Origin: Gemmatimonadota bacterium
Lineage (GTDB): Bacteria; Gemmatimonadota; Gemmatimonadetes; Longimicrobiales; Gaopeijiaceae
Reading direction: 5' to 3'
Assembly: GCA_034521595.1 (NCBI GenBank)
Contig: JAXHMG010000003.1
Location: 576,001-640,000, forward strand
Length of the DNA: 64,000 nucleotides
Shown: piece after piece, positions 1 to 11,181 of the stretch
Layout of the letters: every line of letters begins with the position of its first letter
Numbering within the stretch: the first letter of the stretch is position 1
Position numbers and translations under genes: made by a program
The notes under the pieces: model-generated
Told to the model about the DNA's origin: nothing
Seen by the model: the letters and a program-made list of their open reading frames with translations, nothing else
Databases searched by the model: none

Positions 1-177
1 AGGTTCGATGGGGTCCATTCCGGTTTGCCGTGAGCTCTGCACAGGAGTATGATTTTGGTCCGCGGCCCCGGTGGGTCCAAGATAGCGGACGACATGCCGG
101 CGGGGCACGACCTGCCTGCCGACCACTCCGGGGTCCGACATTCGAACCCCGACGATTCTACTAAGGAGTCACGCTAC

Positions 178-798
<621 letters not shown>

Positions 799-1006
799 CG
801 CGACCTTCCGCTGTCGTGTCCGGGCGGTGTGAGCGTCGCACCGTCCGGGCACCAAGCGGGCGCCAAGGCACCGGTCCACGGGCCCGTGCCGACCGCGAGC
901 TCGCGGTCGCTGACGTCGCGTGGCTTGTGTATAAGGAAACATCTGTTTAATAGTGTGCGGTACGGAATGCACTGCCGGTGTGCACCTCGTTCAACCTCAA
1001 TCCTCG

Positions 1007-1789
1007 ATGAGTGTGATGAGTCGAGATCATGGAACCGCGGGCGTCGTCCGCGTAGCATGGCTGACACTCCTCGCCGCCTTGCTTGTCCCGGCTCCCCTGG
1101 TGGCGCAGTCCCTCCGGGGCTCGCCCGCGTCCCTCGATGTACAGAACCGCGTGGCACGCTCCCACGATTACACGTACATCGACACGGCTCAGCGCTTACG
1201 ATATTTCGCCGAGCAGGGCTGGTTGGTTCGTGTGCGATCCAACCACGATTTCAGGCTCCATGCGGTGTCTTTCCCCTACGCGCGTCCCGAGGTTGCGCTC
1301 TTTATCGAGCGGCTCGGGAAGCAGTATCGGGACGCCTGTGGCGAGCAGCTCGTGGTGACCAGCCTCACGCGGCCGACGACCCGTCAGCCGCGGAATGCCT
1401 CGGACCGGTCGGTGCATCCCACCGGCATGGCCATCGACCTCCGTTACAGCCATAACCGCCAGTGTCGGGATTGGCTCGAGGGCGTGCTGCTGAGTCTCGA
1501 ACGGGGCGGGATCCTCGACGTGACTCGTGAACGTTATCCGAGGCACTACCACGTCGCCGTCTTCCCCGAGCCCTATGCCCGCTACGTGGAACGCATCACG
1601 AACCGGAGTGAGATCCGGCTGGGTGACCGGCTGGGTGACCGGATGGCGTACGAGATCCAAGTGGGAGATTCGCTTTGGGAGATCGCCCGTCAGCACGGCA
1701 CGACCGTCGACGAGATCCAGACGGTGAACGGGATCGACGGCAACCAGATCTACGCCGGGCAGGTGATCGACGTGCCCCTGGGTGGCTGA
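1007..1789 (+). CDS. Secreted DUF5715/M15-like Zn peptidase-fold protein with C-terminal LysM domain
   Basis: Hydrophobic signal-like segment; SLTR, SVHPTGMAID and HYHVAV metal-ligand-like motifs; LysM YEIQVGDSLWEIARQHGTTVDEI...IYAGQVI; start 1007 or 1016. Confidence 0.8.
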   Translation: MSVMSRDHGTAGVVRVAWLTLLAALLVPAPLVAQSLRGSPASLDVQNRVARSHDYTYIDTAQRLRYFAEQGWLVRVRSNHDFRLHAVSFPYARPEVALFIERLGKQYRDACGEQLVVTSLTRPTTRQPRNASDRSVHPTGMAIDLRYSHNRQCRDWLEGVLLSLERGGILDVTRERYPRHYHVAVFPEPYARYVERITNRSEIRLGDRLGDRMAYEIQVGDSLWEIARQHGTTVDEIQTVNGIDGNQIYAGQVIDVPLGG

Positions 1790-2444
1790 CGTCACCGAAG
1801 CTGGGGAAGCAGGGCACGTGAGCGGTGCGGGCGACGACCCGCTCGTCCATCTCTCGCTGGAGGAGCTGTCGGGACGCGATCGCTACCGTCTTCTGACTTC
1901 GCTCGTCGTGCCGCGTCCCATCGCGTGGGCATCGACGTGGGGGCGGGAGGGGACGGCCAACCTCGCGCCCTTCAGCTATTTCGCGGCGCTCTCCACGACG
2001 CCGGCCCTGGTCGGCATCTCGGTGGGCGCGCGCCGTGGGGAAGCCAAGGACACGCTCGAGAACATTCGCGCCCACCAGGCGCTGTGCGTGAACGTCGTCA
2101 CGGAAGCGCAGCTCGAGGCGATGAACGCGACCTCCGAGAGCGTCGGTCCGGAAGTAGACGAGTTCGCGCTCGCGGGGCTCGACCTGGAGGCGTCCGAGCG
2201 AGTGCACGCGCCCTACGTGCGGGAATGCCCCGCCGTGCTCGAATGCGAAGCCCGTGACGAGGTCCCCCTGCCGGGATCTCCGAACACCTTGGTGATCGCC
2301 GAGGTCGTGAACGTGATGCTCGCGCGGGAGCTCCTGCCGACCGAAGGGTATGGCGTCGATCCGGAGCGTCTCCGCCCGGTCGGACGGCTCGGGGGCACGG
2401 GATACATGATGCCCGGGACGTTCCGGTTCATTCCACGCCCGTAG
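1782..2444 (+). CDS. Flavin reductase-like FMN-binding protein
   Basis: VVPRPIAW, NLAPFSYF, KDTLENI and PVGRLGG motifs. Confidence 0.9.
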   Translation: MADVTEAGEAGHVSGAGDDPLVHLSLEELSGRDRYRLLTSLVVPRPIAWASTWGREGTANLAPFSYFAALSTTPALVGISVGARRGEAKDTLENIRAHQALCVNVVTEAQLEAMNATSESVGPEVDEFALAGLDLEASERVHAPYVRECPAVLECEARDEVPLPGSPNTLVIAEVVNVMLARELLPTEGYGVDPERLRPVGRLGGTGYMMPGTFRFIPRP

Positions 2445-4512
2445 GGGGCGCGGCGGCCCCTCCCCACAGGAGCTCGATGCCGTCGGCGTACTCCACCAGC
2501 CGGGGCGTGCCCGAAGGACCGGACAACAGGAGGTACCCCCGGCGCCCGAGCTCGGTGAGCATCCGGGCGTTGTGTGCGGGGCCGAGGTCCCGGGCCACGA
2601 CCGGGCGGTCGTTCGCGCTCGTGGGTGGAAAATGCCTCAGGAGCTCTTCGAGCTCGATGGTCCCGAATCGGTCCGCGCGGGCCTCACGGCGGCACCGTGG
2701 ATCCTCGAGCGGGCCCGGCTCCAGCAACGCGGTGTTTCCGGGAGATAGGACGGTGGTCCGCAATCCGGCCGGACGGCCCGGCAGCGGTTCGAAGTCCAGC
2801 CGGGGAATCGCCGCCCGGCCCCCGACCGGGGTGCCGGCCGCGCGCCAGGACGCGTAGTGCGTCACGGAGCAGAGATCGTTCCGGCGGAGGGCGGTTTCGA
2901 CGGAGTCCCTGCGCATGCCCGTCGCGACCAGCCTCGAGGCCACCCGCGATGCCCAGCTTCCGTGGGCGAAGACGAGCACCGGCTCGCTGCCGAGCTCGCG
3001 CTCGACGAGCTGAGCCGCTTCCGTGGCGCCGGGTTGGCTCGCGTGCGCCCGGAAGGCGTCCGGGGCCAAGAGCAACGCACCCAGACCGGCCAGAACGACG
3101 GATGCACGCGCCACCCCGGTCGGGAGCAGCCGATGCAGCGGACTACGGCTGGCGGAATCCGGGCGTGTCAGCGGGTGCCATAGGATCGTCGCGGCCGTCA
3201 CCACCAGCGCTACCCAGGCCGGTGTGGCTTCGAAGAGCATGCGCGGGCCCATGTGGATCCCGTGATGCCAGTAGAGCGCGTTGGCTCCCACACCGGCCAC
3301 GACCCACGCGAGCAGGACTCGAGACCACCGCCCACGCGGCGCGACGAGGAGCGCGAGGCCGACGAGGGCGAGCGCTGGAAGCGGCGATTGGAACAGGTGC
3401 GTGCCGAGTTGCAAGAGGTCCGCGCCAGAGTAGGCGAGCGCCTCCAGCGGACCATACCGATTCCCCCAGGGATCCGGGTGAAACCCGAGCCCGTGCGCGG
3501 GGCCGAACGCCGCGGCGTAGCCGAGTCGCAGGGGATGACCGAATAACGCCTGGTTCCACGCCAGCAGGCCGACCGCGAAGGGAAGCCCGCCCAGCAATAG
3601 CCATCCGAGCGTCGAGCGTGCGGCCCGCAAAGGGCGCCCCCGCCCGAGCCACGAGGGCAGCCAGATCGCCCCGAGGATCACCACCGATCCGACCATGCCG
3701 ATCCATGGGCGTGACGCCACCGACCAGCCGACGGCCGCACCGGCGATAGCTGCCCACTTCCGGCTTCCGTCCCGTGCGTGCAACGCGCTCCAGGCAACCG
3801 CCGCGATGCCGGCCGCCGCGCTGGTATGACTCAAGTGGGTCCCGCCGAGGAGCAGCCAGAAAGGGCTCACCGCCAGGAGCACGCCGGCGGCCCGAGCACG
3901 TTCGGGCCCGAGGAGCGTCTGGAACGACGAGGTCGCGAAACCCGTCGCCGCGCCCACCATGACGGGGCCGACGAGCCAGGAGGCTCCGACGGCAAGGCCC
4001 AGGGCGAGCAAGACGGTGTGGAGCGGAGGGTAGATGGAGGCCCAACCGTGCGCGGTGGGGAGGCCGTTCTGCGTGAGCCAGGCCGCCGCATCGACCGGCA
4101 TCGGGATCCCCAAGCGACCTTCGAGCAAAGCGCGCGCGTGCAGGAGCTGGGCGAGCTCGTCGATCGAGGTCGGCTCCCCTCCGTGGATGAGGCGAGCCAC
4201 GAGCCCCGAGAGCGTCAGCGCCACGATGCCGATGCGCACGCTGAAGCGGGCGGAGCTGGGGTTCGAAGCCACAGTGGCGACCCGTGCGCCCAGGCTCGCC
4301 ACCCAGCGAGCGGCAGGCGTGCGCGCGACGATCACCGCGATGCCCACGACGATCAGCGAGCCGTACACGCTCAGAATCCACGCGGATTCGGCGGCCGATC
4401 GGGTCGCGGCGCCCGCCGGGCCCGTGCGGGTCGGGTCCAGGAGGCGGTGCAGGGGCGCATAGACCGCGATCAGGAGGAGCGCCCCTAAGGTACGGCGGGC
4501 GAAGAGCGTCAC
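2428..4512 (-). CDS. Polytopic membrane GT-C-fold glycosyltransferase (ArnT/PMT_2-like)
   Basis: Many TM segments; acidic SIDE motif after the early TMs; YPPLH; GPR motif; soluble C-terminal domain. Confidence 0.65.
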   Translation of the reverse strand: MTLFARRTLGALLLIAVYAPLHRLLDPTRTGPAGAATRSAAESAWILSVYGSLIVVGIAVIVARTPAARWVASLGARVATVASNPSSARFSVRIGIVALTLSGLVARLIHGGEPTSIDELAQLLHARALLEGRLGIPMPVDAAAWLTQNGLPTAHGWASIYPPLHTVLLALGLAVGASWLVGPVMVGAATGFATSSFQTLLGPERARAAGVLLAVSPFWLLLGGTHLSHTSAAAGIAAVAWSALHARDGSRKWAAIAGAAVGWSVASRPWIGMVGSVVILGAIWLPSWLGRGRPLRAARSTLGWLLLGGLPFAVGLLAWNQALFGHPLRLGYAAAFGPAHGLGFHPDPWGNRYGPLEALAYSGADLLQLGTHLFQSPLPALALVGLALLVAPRGRWSRVLLAWVVAGVGANALYWHHGIHMGPRMLFEATPAWVALVVTAATILWHPLTRPDSASRSPLHRLLPTGVARASVVLAGLGALLLAPDAFRAHASQPGATEAAQLVERELGSEPVLVFAHGSWASRVASRLVATGMRRDSVETALRRNDLCSVTHYASWRAAGTPVGGRAAIPRLDFEPLPGRPAGLRTTVLSPGNTALLEPGPLEDPRCRREARADRFGTIELEELLRHFPPTSANDRPVVARDLGPAHNARMLTELGRRGYLLLSGPSGTPRLVEYADGIELLWGGAAAPPTGVE

Positions 4513-4765
4513 GGTCGTGCTCGAGCCGGTCGGTGGAGCTTCATCGCCGCAATGTGGCTACAGGTGTATCCCCGATCCACCCTCGGCAAAGGAAGAGCGG
4601 CGGATGAGCCCCGCATTTCGCGGCACCTCCCGGATTGCATCGTGCAAAGGGTAGCCGCTACCCTACGCGCGGTCGGACGGGTGGCCCAATCTGCCCCCGC
4701 CGCGTCTCCGGTGATCCCGAGGAGTCCTTGAGCTCTTGGCCCAGCCCGTCTTCTCGTCGTTCCGC

Positions 4766-6415
4766 ATGAGCGCGGAGCCCAAGGCTCTGCGCGCCGACGT
4801 CTTCCGGTGGCTCTATCTGGGTCGTCTGACGCTCGTGTCCGGAATCCTGGCGAGCGCGCTCTTCGCATGGTTCGACGCGCTACCTGAGGACACACTCGTC
4901 GCGACGGTGATGTTCGTGGTCGCGTTGGTCGTGACCGCGGTGTCCTTCTGGTATACCCACGTGCTTCGCCGCGAGCCCGGCGAGGCGTTCCGGTACGGCC
5001 AGGTCGTTCTGGACGTGCTTCTGGTGACGGGGGTGGTGCACGTCACCGGGGGGCCGGAGAGCAGCTTCGCGCCCCTCTACATCCTGGTCATCAGCGCGGG
5101 CGCGCTCCTCTTGCCGCTGCCGGGCGGCGTGCTGATCGGGGCGCTCGCGAGCATCGTCTACTTTGCCGATCTGGCTTGGGGTCACGAGAGCACGCTGACC
5201 CTCGAGGTGGGGCTCCGTATCGGACTCTTCGCGCTCGTGGCGGTGGTCACGGGGATCCTGGGTGACCGCTTGCGGCGGGCGGGCCAGGCCTTGGGGGCGG
5301 TCGCGTCGGAGCTCGAGCAGCTCCGGCTCGACACGAGCGACGTCCTCGCGAACCTGTCCGCCGGCGTGCTCACGGTCGACGGTGACCACCGTCTGGCCTA
5401 TGCGAACCCTGCCGCCGAGTCACTCCTCCGCCTGGACCTCACGGAGATGCTCGGCAAACCGGTGCTGAGGGTGCTCGACCAGGTGGCTCCGGGCATGGGG
5501 CGGAGCCTCGAGCACGCGTTGGGGGACCGTCGCACCCGGAGTCGCTCGCGTGCGACGGTGGAGCGCGGAAACGAGGCGATCCGACTCGGCATCAGCACGA
5601 CGTTGCTCGATCGGGGGGACGACACGCCCCCGTCCGTGACGGCGATCTTCGAGGACATCACCGACCTGGAGCGGATCGACGAGCTGAACCTGCGGACCGA
5701 GCGGCTGGAAGCGGTGGCGACCCTGTCGGCCTCGCTCGCGCACGAGATCAAGAACCCGCTGGCGTCGATCCGGAGCGCGATCGAACAGCTCGAAGGCGAG
5801 CAACTGGGAACGGAGGACCGCACGCTGCTCCGGCGGCTCGTGCTCAACGAATCGGATCGGCTGAGCCGCCTGCTCTCCGAGTTCCTGGACTACTCGGCGG
5901 TCCGGCTGGGCGCTCAGGAACGGGTGGAGCTCCGGAGCGTGGTGTTGGAGTGTATTGCCGTCGCGAGGGAGCATCCGGACCTGGAGAACATCGACCTCCA
6001 GGTGGAAGTCGACGAAGATCCGGTTCCTGTTCTCGGAGACGCCGACCTCCTCCACCGCGCCCTTCTCAACCTCGTTCTGAACGCCGGTCACTACGCGGGG
6101 ACCGGAGGAACCGTCGTCGTCTCCCTCGAAGACGAGCGGTACCGGCGCACGCCCAGGGGGGTCAACATCAGCAGCCCCGTGCGGCTGGCCGTCCGCGATT
6201 CCGGACCGGGCATCCCGCCCGAGGTTGCGAGCCGGATCTTCGATCCGTTCTTCTCCACCCGGAAGGGCGGAAGCGGGCTCGGCTTGGCCTTGGTGCACCG
6301 AGCGGTGGAGGCCCACGCGGGGGTGGTCTTCGTGGAGCGCGCCATCGAGGGGGGCGCACAGTTCGTCATCTTCCTTCCGGGGCTCTCGGAAGCCGATCAG
6401 GGAGAGCACACGTGA
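4766..6415 (+). CDS. pilS: PilS-like sensor histidine kinase (multi-TM, PAS, HisKA, HATPase)
   Basis: TGG.ES.F..LY PilS membrane motif; AHEIKNPL H-box; N, G1, F and G2 boxes; pilus context. Confidence 0.88.
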   Translation: MSAEPKALRADVFRWLYLGRLTLVSGILASALFAWFDALPEDTLVATVMFVVALVVTAVSFWYTHVLRREPGEAFRYGQVVLDVLLVTGVVHVTGGPESSFAPLYILVISAGALLLPLPGGVLIGALASIVYFADLAWGHESTLTLEVGLRIGLFALVAVVTGILGDRLRRAGQALGAVASELEQLRLDTSDVLANLSAGVLTVDGDHRLAYANPAAESLLRLDLTEMLGKPVLRVLDQVAPGMGRSLEHALGDRRTRSRSRATVERGNEAIRLGISTTLLDRGDDTPPSVTAIFEDITDLERIDELNLRTERLEAVATLSASLAHEIKNPLASIRSAIEQLEGEQLGTEDRTLLRRLVLNESDRLSRLLSEFLDYSAVRLGAQERVELRSVVLECIAVAREHPDLENIDLQVEVDEDPVPVLGDADLLHRALLNLVLNAGHYAGTGGTVVVSLEDERYRRTPRGVNISSPVRLAVRDSGPGIPPEVASRIFDPFFSTRKGGSGLGLALVHRAVEAHAGVVFVERAIEGGAQFVIFLPGLSEADQGEHT

Positions 6416-7788
6416 GTGATTCGCCGAAGGTCCTGCTCGTGGACGACGAGATGTCGATTCTCGACACGCTCCAGGTATTGTTCCGTGGCGACGGTTACCA
6501 GGTGACCGTCGCCGATTCGGGGAAGAAGGCGCTGGAGGCGCTGGAATCCGAGAAACCCGACCTCGTCGTGACCGACATCCGCATGCCGGGCACCAGTGGG
6601 CTGGAAGTGCTTCAGGCCGCGCACGAAGTCGACGCCGAGCTTCCGGTGATTCTCATCACCGCCCAGGCGTCCCTCCAGTCGGCCGTGCGCGCCGTGAACG
6701 AGGGCGCGTATCACTATCTCCAGAAGCCGTTCTCGAACGACGAGTTGCTCGCGATCTCCCGGCGTGCCCTCGAGGCCCGCCAGCTCAAAGTGGAGAACCG
6801 GGCCCTCAAGGCCGAGATCGGCCAACGCCGCTCCGGCGCGGCGGTCGAGCGCCCGATCGGCTCGGCGCCCTGTTTCCAGGAGGTGTTGGACCTCGCCGAG
6901 ACGGTGGCCGCGACCGATTCCACCGCGCTGATCTCGGGAGAGAGCGGAACGGGTAAGGAGATCCTCGCGCGCTACATCCACGAGTGCTCGCCTCGGGCCG
7001 ACCGCGCGTTCCTGTCCATCAACTGCGGGGCTTTGCCCGAGAGCCTGCTCGAGAGTGAGCTCTTCGGGCATGTGAAAGGCTCGTTCACCGGAGCGGTGAA
7101 GGACAAGGACGGGCTGTTGGTCGCGGCGGGCGGAGGCACGTTCTTCATGGACGAGATCGGGGAGATGTCTCCGGCGACCCAGGTCAAGCTGCTTCGCGCG
7201 ATCCAGGAGCGCGAGGTGATCCCCGTCGGCTCGACCAAGGCCGTGCCGGTGGATGTCCGGCTGATCGCCGCCACGAACCGGGATCTCGAGGTCGAGATCG
7301 ATCGAGGCTCGTTCAGGAGCGATCTCTACTACCGCTTGAACGTGATCCAGCTTCACCTTCCACCCCTCAGGGAACGTCCGGACGACGTCCCCGTCCTCGC
7401 GCGTCATTTCCTCGCGGAGGAAGCCGTGGCACGGGAGCGCGACCGGCCCCTGGAAATCGCCGAGGACGCGATGAAGCTCTTGGTCGACTACGATTGGCCG
7501 GGCAACGTGCGTGAGCTCCAGAACGCGCTCGAGCGCGCCGCCGTGGTCGTATCGGGCCGGAGGATCGGGCGCGACGACCTGCCCGAGCGGGTCCGCGAGC
7601 GCCCGGCGCCGAGGCTCGTCCGCAACGAGGAGAGCTCGGGGAACCCGACCATGGACGTCATCGAGAAGGCCTACATCCTCTGGGTGCTCCAAGCCGAGGG
7701 CGGGAACAAGACGCGCGCGGCCGAGGTGCTGGGCATCGATCCTTCGACCCTCTACCGGAAGCTCAACCGGTACGGGATCGACGACTGA
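6412..7788 (+). CDS. pilR: Sigma54-dependent response regulator, PilR-like
   Basis: REC (VDDE, DIRMPG), Walker A GESGTGKE, GSFTGA, Fis HTH; GTG start overlaps the pilS stop. Confidence 0.88.
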   Translation: MSDSPKVLLVDDEMSILDTLQVLFRGDGYQVTVADSGKKALEALESEKPDLVVTDIRMPGTSGLEVLQAAHEVDAELPVILITAQASLQSAVRAVNEGAYHYLQKPFSNDELLAISRRALEARQLKVENRALKAEIGQRRSGAAVERPIGSAPCFQEVLDLAETVAATDSTALISGESGTGKEILARYIHECSPRADRAFLSINCGALPESLLESELFGHVKGSFTGAVKDKDGLLVAAGGGTFFMDEIGEMSPATQVKLLRAIQEREVIPVGSTKAVPVDVRLIAATNRDLEVEIDRGSFRSDLYYRLNVIQLHLPPLRERPDDVPVLARHFLAEEAVARERDRPLEIAEDAMKLLVDYDWPGNVRELQNALERAAVVVSGRRIGRDDLPERVRERPAPRLVRNEESSGNPTMDVIEKAYILWVLQAEGGNKTRAAEVLGIDPSTLYRKLNRYGIDD

Positions 7789-7815
7789 CGCCCCTTCACG
7801 ACAGGCGAGCTTTTC

Positions 7816-8664
7816 ATGCACAGGAGAACCCAGGGGCCGGCGAGCCCTCCCGCCAAGAGCCTCCCGTGGCACACGGTCCGGGTCAGCGTGGTGATTCCCG
7901 TCTACAACGAGCGGGAGACCGTCGAGGCCCTGCTTCGTCGTGTACGGGAGGTCGGGCTGACGCTCGAGGTCATCGTGGTGGACGACGGATCCACCGACGG
8001 CACGCGCGACCTCCTCCCGGCGCTCGAAGGTACGCTCATCGACCGGCTCGTCATGCACGAAGAGAACCAGGGGAAGGGCGCGGCGCTCCGGACCGGCTTC
8101 GAGCACGCCACGGGGGACGTGGTCGTCGTCCAGGACGCGGACCTCGAGTACGACCCGTACGAGCTTCCCCTGTTGCTCGAGCCCATCCTGAGCGGAAAGG
8201 CGGACGCCGTGTACGGCTCGCGGTTCCTCGGCGGCCCGCACCGCGTGCTGCTCTTCTGGCACTCGATCGGCAACCGGGTCCTCACGCTCCTGTCGAACAT
8301 GCTCACGGACGTGAACCTCACCGACATGGAAACCTGCTACAAGATGATCCGCAGGGAGCTCCTCGAGACCCTTCCGCTGTCCGCGAACCGGTTCGGCATC
8401 GAGCCGGAGCTCACCGCCCGCCTCGCGCAGGCCGAAGCACGCATCTACGAGCTCCCGATCAGCTATCACGGACGCTCGTACGAGGAGGGGAAGAAGATCG
8501 GCTGGAAGGACGGCGTGGCCGCGCTCTGGGCGATCGTGCGCTACAACCTCTTCGCGCCGCCCGTGCCGCGCTGGACACCGCCGGAGGAAGCGCCGTGGGA
8601 AAGGCGGGAGGAACCGCTCGAGGGCAGCGCCGAAGCGGGAGCGAGTGAGGCGAAGGATGCTTGA
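7816..8664 (+). CDS. GT2 glycosyltransferase, polyprenol-phosphate-sugar synthase (DPM1-like)
   Basis: [40 protein letters not shown] and [10 protein letters not shown] motifs; start uncertain. Confidence 0.9.
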   Translation: MHRRTQGPASPPAKSLPWHTVRVSVVIPVYNERETVEALLRRVREVGLTLEVIVVDDGSTDGTRDLLPALEGTLIDRLVMHEENQGKGAALRTGFEHATGDVVVVQDADLEYDPYELPLLLEPILSGKADAVYGSRFLGGPHRVLLFWHSIGNRVLTLLSNMLTDVNLTDMETCYKMIRRELLETLPLSANRFGIEPELTARLAQAEARIYELPISYHGRSYEEGKKIGWKDGVAALWAIVRYNLFAPPVPRWTPPEEAPWERREEPLEGSAEAGASEAKDA

Positions 8665-10525
8665 CCGTCGCCGGGCGGTCCTCCTCACGGCGGCCGTCGC
8701 GGCCCTCGTCTATGCCAACGCGCTCGGGAACGGCTTCGCGTACGACGACGTCCCGATCATCGAAGAAAACGCCGCCATCCAGAGTCTCGAGGCGCTCCCG
8801 GGCGCGATCGTGAGCTCGTACTGGCCGGGCACGCGGGGTGAGAACGCGAGCCTCTGGCGCCCGGTGACGACGGCCGCGTTCGGCGTACAATACGTGCTCG
8901 GCGGCGGCTCCCCCTTGCTCTTTCACGCCGTCAACGTCGTCCTGCACGCGGCCGCTTCCGTCGGGGTGCTCCTCTTCCTGGCCTACTTGATGCCGCTGGC
9001 CGGCGCCTTCACGGCGGCGATCGTCTTCGCGCTCCATCCGGTGCACGTGGAGGCGGTGGCCAACGTGGTCGGCTTCGCCGAGCTCTTCTCGACGGTGGCG
9101 TTGCTCGCGGCCCTCCTCGTGTATGTCCGGGCTCCCGCGCGAGTCGGGTGGGGCGCGGCGCTCGGCATGGGCGTCCTGTACGCGCTCGCGTTCGGGGCCA
9201 AGGAGAGCGCGGTCGTCCTCCCCGGCCTCGTCTTCCTGGTGGACGCGGCCCGGCGCCGCCTGGCCCTCTCGGACCTCCGGGCTTATCTGGCGGACCGGTG
9301 GCGCGTCTACCTCGTGCTCCTCGTCGTGGCGCTGGCGCTGCTCGCGGCCCGCGTGCCGATCCTGGGGCGGGTCGCGAGCCCCACCGGCCCGATGGGCGCG
9401 GACCTGCTCTACGAGATCCCGAGGATCTGGACGGTCGCGCAGGTCTGGACCCACTACGTGCGGCTGTGGGTCTTCCCGCTGGATCTCTCCGCCGACTACG
9501 CCCCCAACGTGATCCCCGTCGCGCTGGGCTGGAACGCCACGAACGTGGTCGGCGTCGTGCTCGCCCTGACGATCCTCGCGACCGCGTGGGTGGCCTGGCG
9601 GAGGCCGGAGCTCCGGCCGGAGCGCGCGAGCGCACGCGTCGCCGGGTTCGGTGTCATGTGGTTCGTGATCGCGATCTCGCCCGTGTCGAACACGCTCTTC
9701 CTCTCCGGCGTGACGCTGGCCGAGCGGACGCTCTACCTGCCGTCCGTCGGGCTCGCGGCCGTGAGTGGGTGGCTGCTCGTGGTCCTGCTGCGTGAGCGGA
9801 GGGCGCTGGGTGGAGTCGTCGTGGCGTTGGCCGTCGTGCTGTCGGCGGCCCGTACCTGGACACGTACGCCCACGTGGCACGACACGCCGAGCGTCTTCCT
9901 GACGATGCTCCGGGAGGTGCCACACTCCGGTCGCGCACAGTGGATGCTGGGCGACAACTTCTGGATGCAGGGCGACACCGCGCAGGCGTTGGCGACCTAC
10001 CGGCACGCGGTGAACCTGCTGGACGGGCACTACCGTCTGTTGGTGGCGGTGGGTGGCAAGCTCATGGAACGAGAGCGCTACGGCTCCGCGGAGCGCCTCG
10101 TTCGCCGCGCCTGGAAGGACAATCCGGAGCGGCCACGAGCGCCGCGTGTCCTCGCCTCCATCCGGGCGGAGCTCGGCGACGCCGAGGGCACCGAGCGGTT
10201 CGCGCGCCGGGCATTGGCGATCGTTCCCGAGGACCCGGTGCGCGAGCACCTGCTGGCGTGGGCGCTGGCGGCACAGGGATCGTGGAGCCGGGCCGCCGAG
10301 GCCCGCCGGCGGGCGGACGCGCTGGGCGTGGCGGCCTTCTGGCAGCCGTGGCTCTACGAGGCGTACGCGCGGCGCCGGGCAGGTGATCCTGAAGGCGTGC
10401 GGATGGCGCTCGACTCGGCGCGGGCCACGGTGCGCACCGACGTGGGACGCGCCGTCCTGGATTCGATCCTGCGGCACGACTTCGGCGTGGAGCGCGAAGC
10501 CGCGACCCACCGGCCCGGCCGGTGA
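8657..10525 (+). CDS. TMTC-like protein O-glycosyltransferase (GT-C, DUF1736, C-terminal TPRs)
   Basis: [46 protein letters not shown] and AERTLYLPS motifs, then helical TPR-like repeats. Confidence 0.85.
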   Translation: MLDRRRAVLLTAAVAALVYANALGNGFAYDDVPIIEENAAIQSLEALPGAIVSSYWPGTRGENASLWRPVTTAAFGVQYVLGGGSPLLFHAVNVVLHAAASVGVLLFLAYLMPLAGAFTAAIVFALHPVHVEAVANVVGFAELFSTVALLAALLVYVRAPARVGWGAALGMGVLYALAFGAKESAVVLPGLVFLVDAARRRLALSDLRAYLADRWRVYLVLLVVALALLAARVPILGRVASPTGPMGADLLYEIPRIWTVAQVWTHYVRLWVFPLDLSADYAPNVIPVALGWNATNVVGVVLALTILATAWVAWRRPELRPERASARVAGFGVMWFVIAISPVSNTLFLSGVTLAERTLYLPSVGLAAVSGWLLVVLLRERRALGGVVVALAVVLSAARTWTRTPTWHDTPSVFLTMLREVPHSGRAQWMLGDNFWMQGDTAQALATYRHAVNLLDGHYRLLVAVGGKLMERERYGSAERLVRRAWKDNPERPRAPRVLASIRAELGDAEGTERFARRALAIVPEDPVREHLLAWALAAQGSWSRAAEARRRADALGVAAFWQPWLYEAYARRRAGDPEGVRMALDSARATVRTDVGRAVLDSILRHDFGVEREAATHRPGR

Positions 10526-10546
10526 AGAGCGTCCCGAATCGGTATC

Positions 10547-10568
10547 GCAAAACGTCACGGCGTTTTGC
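10547..10568. promoter_or_regulatory. Candidate upstream activator site for PilR
   Basis: Perfect inverted repeat GCAAAACG-N6-CGTTTTGC about 100 bp upstream of the sigma54 promoter. Confidence 0.5.
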
Positions 10569-10621
10569 AGAATCCGACGGAACCCCGGCGCCGCGCGGTC
10601 TCCTGCGGCATGGCGCAATCG

Positions 10622-10650
10622 TGTAAGTGATTGCAGAAAAGTCACTTACA
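10622..10650. promoter_or_regulatory. AT-rich inverted repeat, possible IHF or regulator site
   Basis: TGTAAGTGA-N11-TCACTTACA between the candidate activator site and the -24 box. Confidence 0.5.
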
Positions 10651-10666
10651 TGTCCATGCCGGTGTT

Positions 10667-10682
10667 TGGAACCGACTTTGCA
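10667..10682 (+). promoter_or_regulatory. Sigma54 -24/-12 promoter of pilA1
   Basis: TGGAAC-CGACT-TTGCA, exact GG-N10-GC spacing, 50 nt before the pilin ATG. Confidence 0.8.
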
Positions 10683-10731
10683 CTTCAGGAGGCCGCACGA
10701 CCCGATTTCACTTCACACCTGGAGTACTACC

Positions 10732-11136
10732 ATGCGGGACAACAACACCAAGGGTTTCACCCTCATCGAGCTGCTCATCGTAGTGGTGATCATCGGAATC
10801 CTGGCGGCCATCGCCATTCCGAAGTTCTCCGCGACGCGTGAGAAGGCCTACTTCGCGGCCATGAAGTCCGATCTCAAGAACCTGGCGAGCCAGCAGGAGA
10901 TCTACTACTCGGACGACTACGCCTACACGACCAGCGCCGATGACCTCGGCTTCGTTTCGAGTGACGGCGTGGTGGTGGACATCAGCGAAGCGACCAGCAC
11001 GGGCTGGGCCGCGAGCGCCGTGCACGATGCGCTGACGACGGCGGAAGGCTGCGCGATCTACTACGGCGAGGTCGCCACCGCGCCGACGAGCCCGGCTGCG
11101 CCTGCCCAGGCCGGCGAGCTCGCCTGCACCAGCTAA
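10732..11136 (+). CDS. pilA: Type IVa major pilin 1
   Basis: MRDNNTKG|FTLIELLIVVVIIGILAAIAIP class III signal; C-terminal Cys pair; GGAG RBS. Confidence 0.92.
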   Translation: MRDNNTKGFTLIELLIVVVIIGILAAIAIPKFSATREKAYFAAMKSDLKNLASQQEIYYSDDYAYTTSADDLGFVSSDGVVVDISEATSTGWAASAVHDALTTAEGCAIYYGEVATAPTSPAAPAQAGELACTS

Positions 11137-11181
11137 CACGGGCACAGCGGTACCCCGCATGAGCGTGCGGGTGTGACTGAA

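Noticed and set aside
4621-4640. Sigma54 promoter upstream of pilS (CGGCAC...TTGC)
   Set aside because: GG-to-GC spacing is 13 nt rather than the required 10
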